Origin: Ginglymostoma cirratum
Lineage: Eukaryota
DNA length: 64,000 nucleotides
Reading direction: 5' to 3'
Assembly: GCA_024137785.1 (NCBI GenBank)
Contig: JAHRHZ010000058.1
Location: 17,500,599 to 17,564,598, forward strand
Position 1 is the stretch's first letter. Each line of letters opens with the position of its first letter. Positions 62,776-64,000 of this stretch are shown here, one piece after another. Below the pieces are notes generated by a model. That model saw nothing but the letters and a program-made list of their open reading frames with translations, was not told where the DNA came from and made no database searches. The position numbers and the translations under genes are program-made.

Positions 62776-62985
62776 CGAAGATACCACGAACTGCAAATGC
62801 TAGAGTCAGAGTCAACACAGTATGGAGCTGGAGGGACACAGTTGGTCAGGCAGCATCAGAGCCGCAGGAAAGTCAATGTTTCGGGTTGGGACCCTTTTTG
62901 TTCTGAAGAAGGGTCCCAACCTGAAACATCGACTTTCCTGCACCTCTGATGCTGCCTGACCTGCTGTTTTCCTCCAGCTCCACGA
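62776..62985. mobile_element. Fold-back Penelope-pLTR/hammerhead mini-element (copy 4)
   Basis: Inverted arms around ~62900; TSD caataaaaatat (62764-62775) / caataacaatat (62986-62997); + core CTGAAGA-AGGGTCCCAACCT-GAAAC. Confidence 0.85.
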
Positions 62986-63052
62986 CAATAACAATATAGT
63001 CTGTGTGTATCGGATCTTTAATAGAACAATTGGATAGCCCACGTTGGCTTCA

Positions 63053-63216
63053 GCAACAGGCCTGAATGAACTTTTAATTCTTTTGCCTGCTTCTTGGGGA
63101 TATATAGCCTTGCTGCACCTTGGCTTTGACACCATACCAAATCTTGCCTCCGGGAAAGTGGCCCAGGGCCAGATGGAGCCAAGGAGCTGCCACACTGGCT
63201 AGCATCTGTCTGTATT
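63053..63216 (+). repeat. 164-bp direct repeat, copy 2 (unclassified)
   Basis: Ungapped match to 61346-61509. Confidence 0.92.
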
Positions 63217-64000
63217 CCAGGTCCCAACAGGGTTTCAAAATCCTTCATTTGATGCTATTCATGGAAAGAAATGCTGTAACACTATTATTATGATTTTTAA
63301 TCCGAATGGGGCATGTTAAAGTTTCTTTAGTCAGACAAGTACATGTTCCTTTCGATTACACTTATGCAGCATCTTTGTACAATTTTCACCCTGCAGGTGC
63401 TACCTTTGTCTTGTACTCTTAGTATTTTTGGGAACTAAAAAGAAATGAGTTAGCATGGTCAATATCCAGTTGGCCCCAATTAGAAAGCAAATACCTAAAA
63501 TTTTATGTTAATTTATGGAGGATCCTTAATAGCCAGGTAAGTATTGATATCAACCAATGTCATTCTAAACTAAGCTTATAAAGTCAGAGGTTCAACCTGT
63601 GGTCAACGCTAAATCACCTGATGTCTGCGAGGACAACAATACAGGCACTAGAATCAACTTCGGTGCGCGAGGGAAAAGATAGTTGCATCTCTAATTAGTG
63701 ATCATTGTGTGATAACCTTAATTTGACTTGAAAAACAGAGAAAAGATGCCAGGACACATATAACCCACAGGATTTATAACCTTTTAATATTTATACTAGA
63801 AGAACAGATGTTAGTGAGTGAGGTAGAGAGAAAAGAAGAGCCATTTATAGTTTCAATAGTTATTTAGAAAAGAAATATTCAGATATTATCAACTTGATCT
63901 TCATTAGCATGCAAGCATCCAAATAATATTTGGCATCTTTTTAATAAAATGAAGGGTAAGTCTGGAGTGTGGCCGTTCTGAAGTGAGAAACAATTTAAGC

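Noticed and set aside
1-64000. CRISPR array, operons or prokaryotic defence systems
   Set aside because: No regularly spaced repeat-spacer structure; the sequence is intron-rich vertebrate DNA

Overview
Eukaryotic (vertebrate) genomic DNA, almost certainly a cartilaginous fish (shark), judged from the HE1-type V-SINEs, DeuSINEs and abundant CR1 and Penelope elements. The window lies inside one large + strand gene, hemicentin-1 (HMCN1). I traced 18 consecutive coding exons with AG/GT boundaries and mutually compatible phases. They splice into one open frame of 2793 nt (~931 codons) encoding 10 tandem I-set Ig domains; the gene's start and end lie outside the window. Introns are filled with decayed mobile DNA: CR1/L2-group LINEs, tRNA-derived SINEs, Penelope-like (GIY-YIG) elements, a fossil Gypsy element, a solo LTR and TIR elements. 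There is one 400-N assembly gap. Most interesting non-genic signals: (i) a family of ~200-bp fold-back mini-elements with 12-15 bp target-site duplications, whose palindrome axis sits on a Penelope-type minimal hammerhead-ribozyme core; (ii) a tRNA-Lys(UUU) 3'-fragment + SINE chimeric insertion; (iii) unexplained local duplications (164 bp flanking an exon; 44 bp exact). Repeat family names come from my recognition of motifs, not from database searches, and repeat boundaries are approximate unless TSDs are cited.
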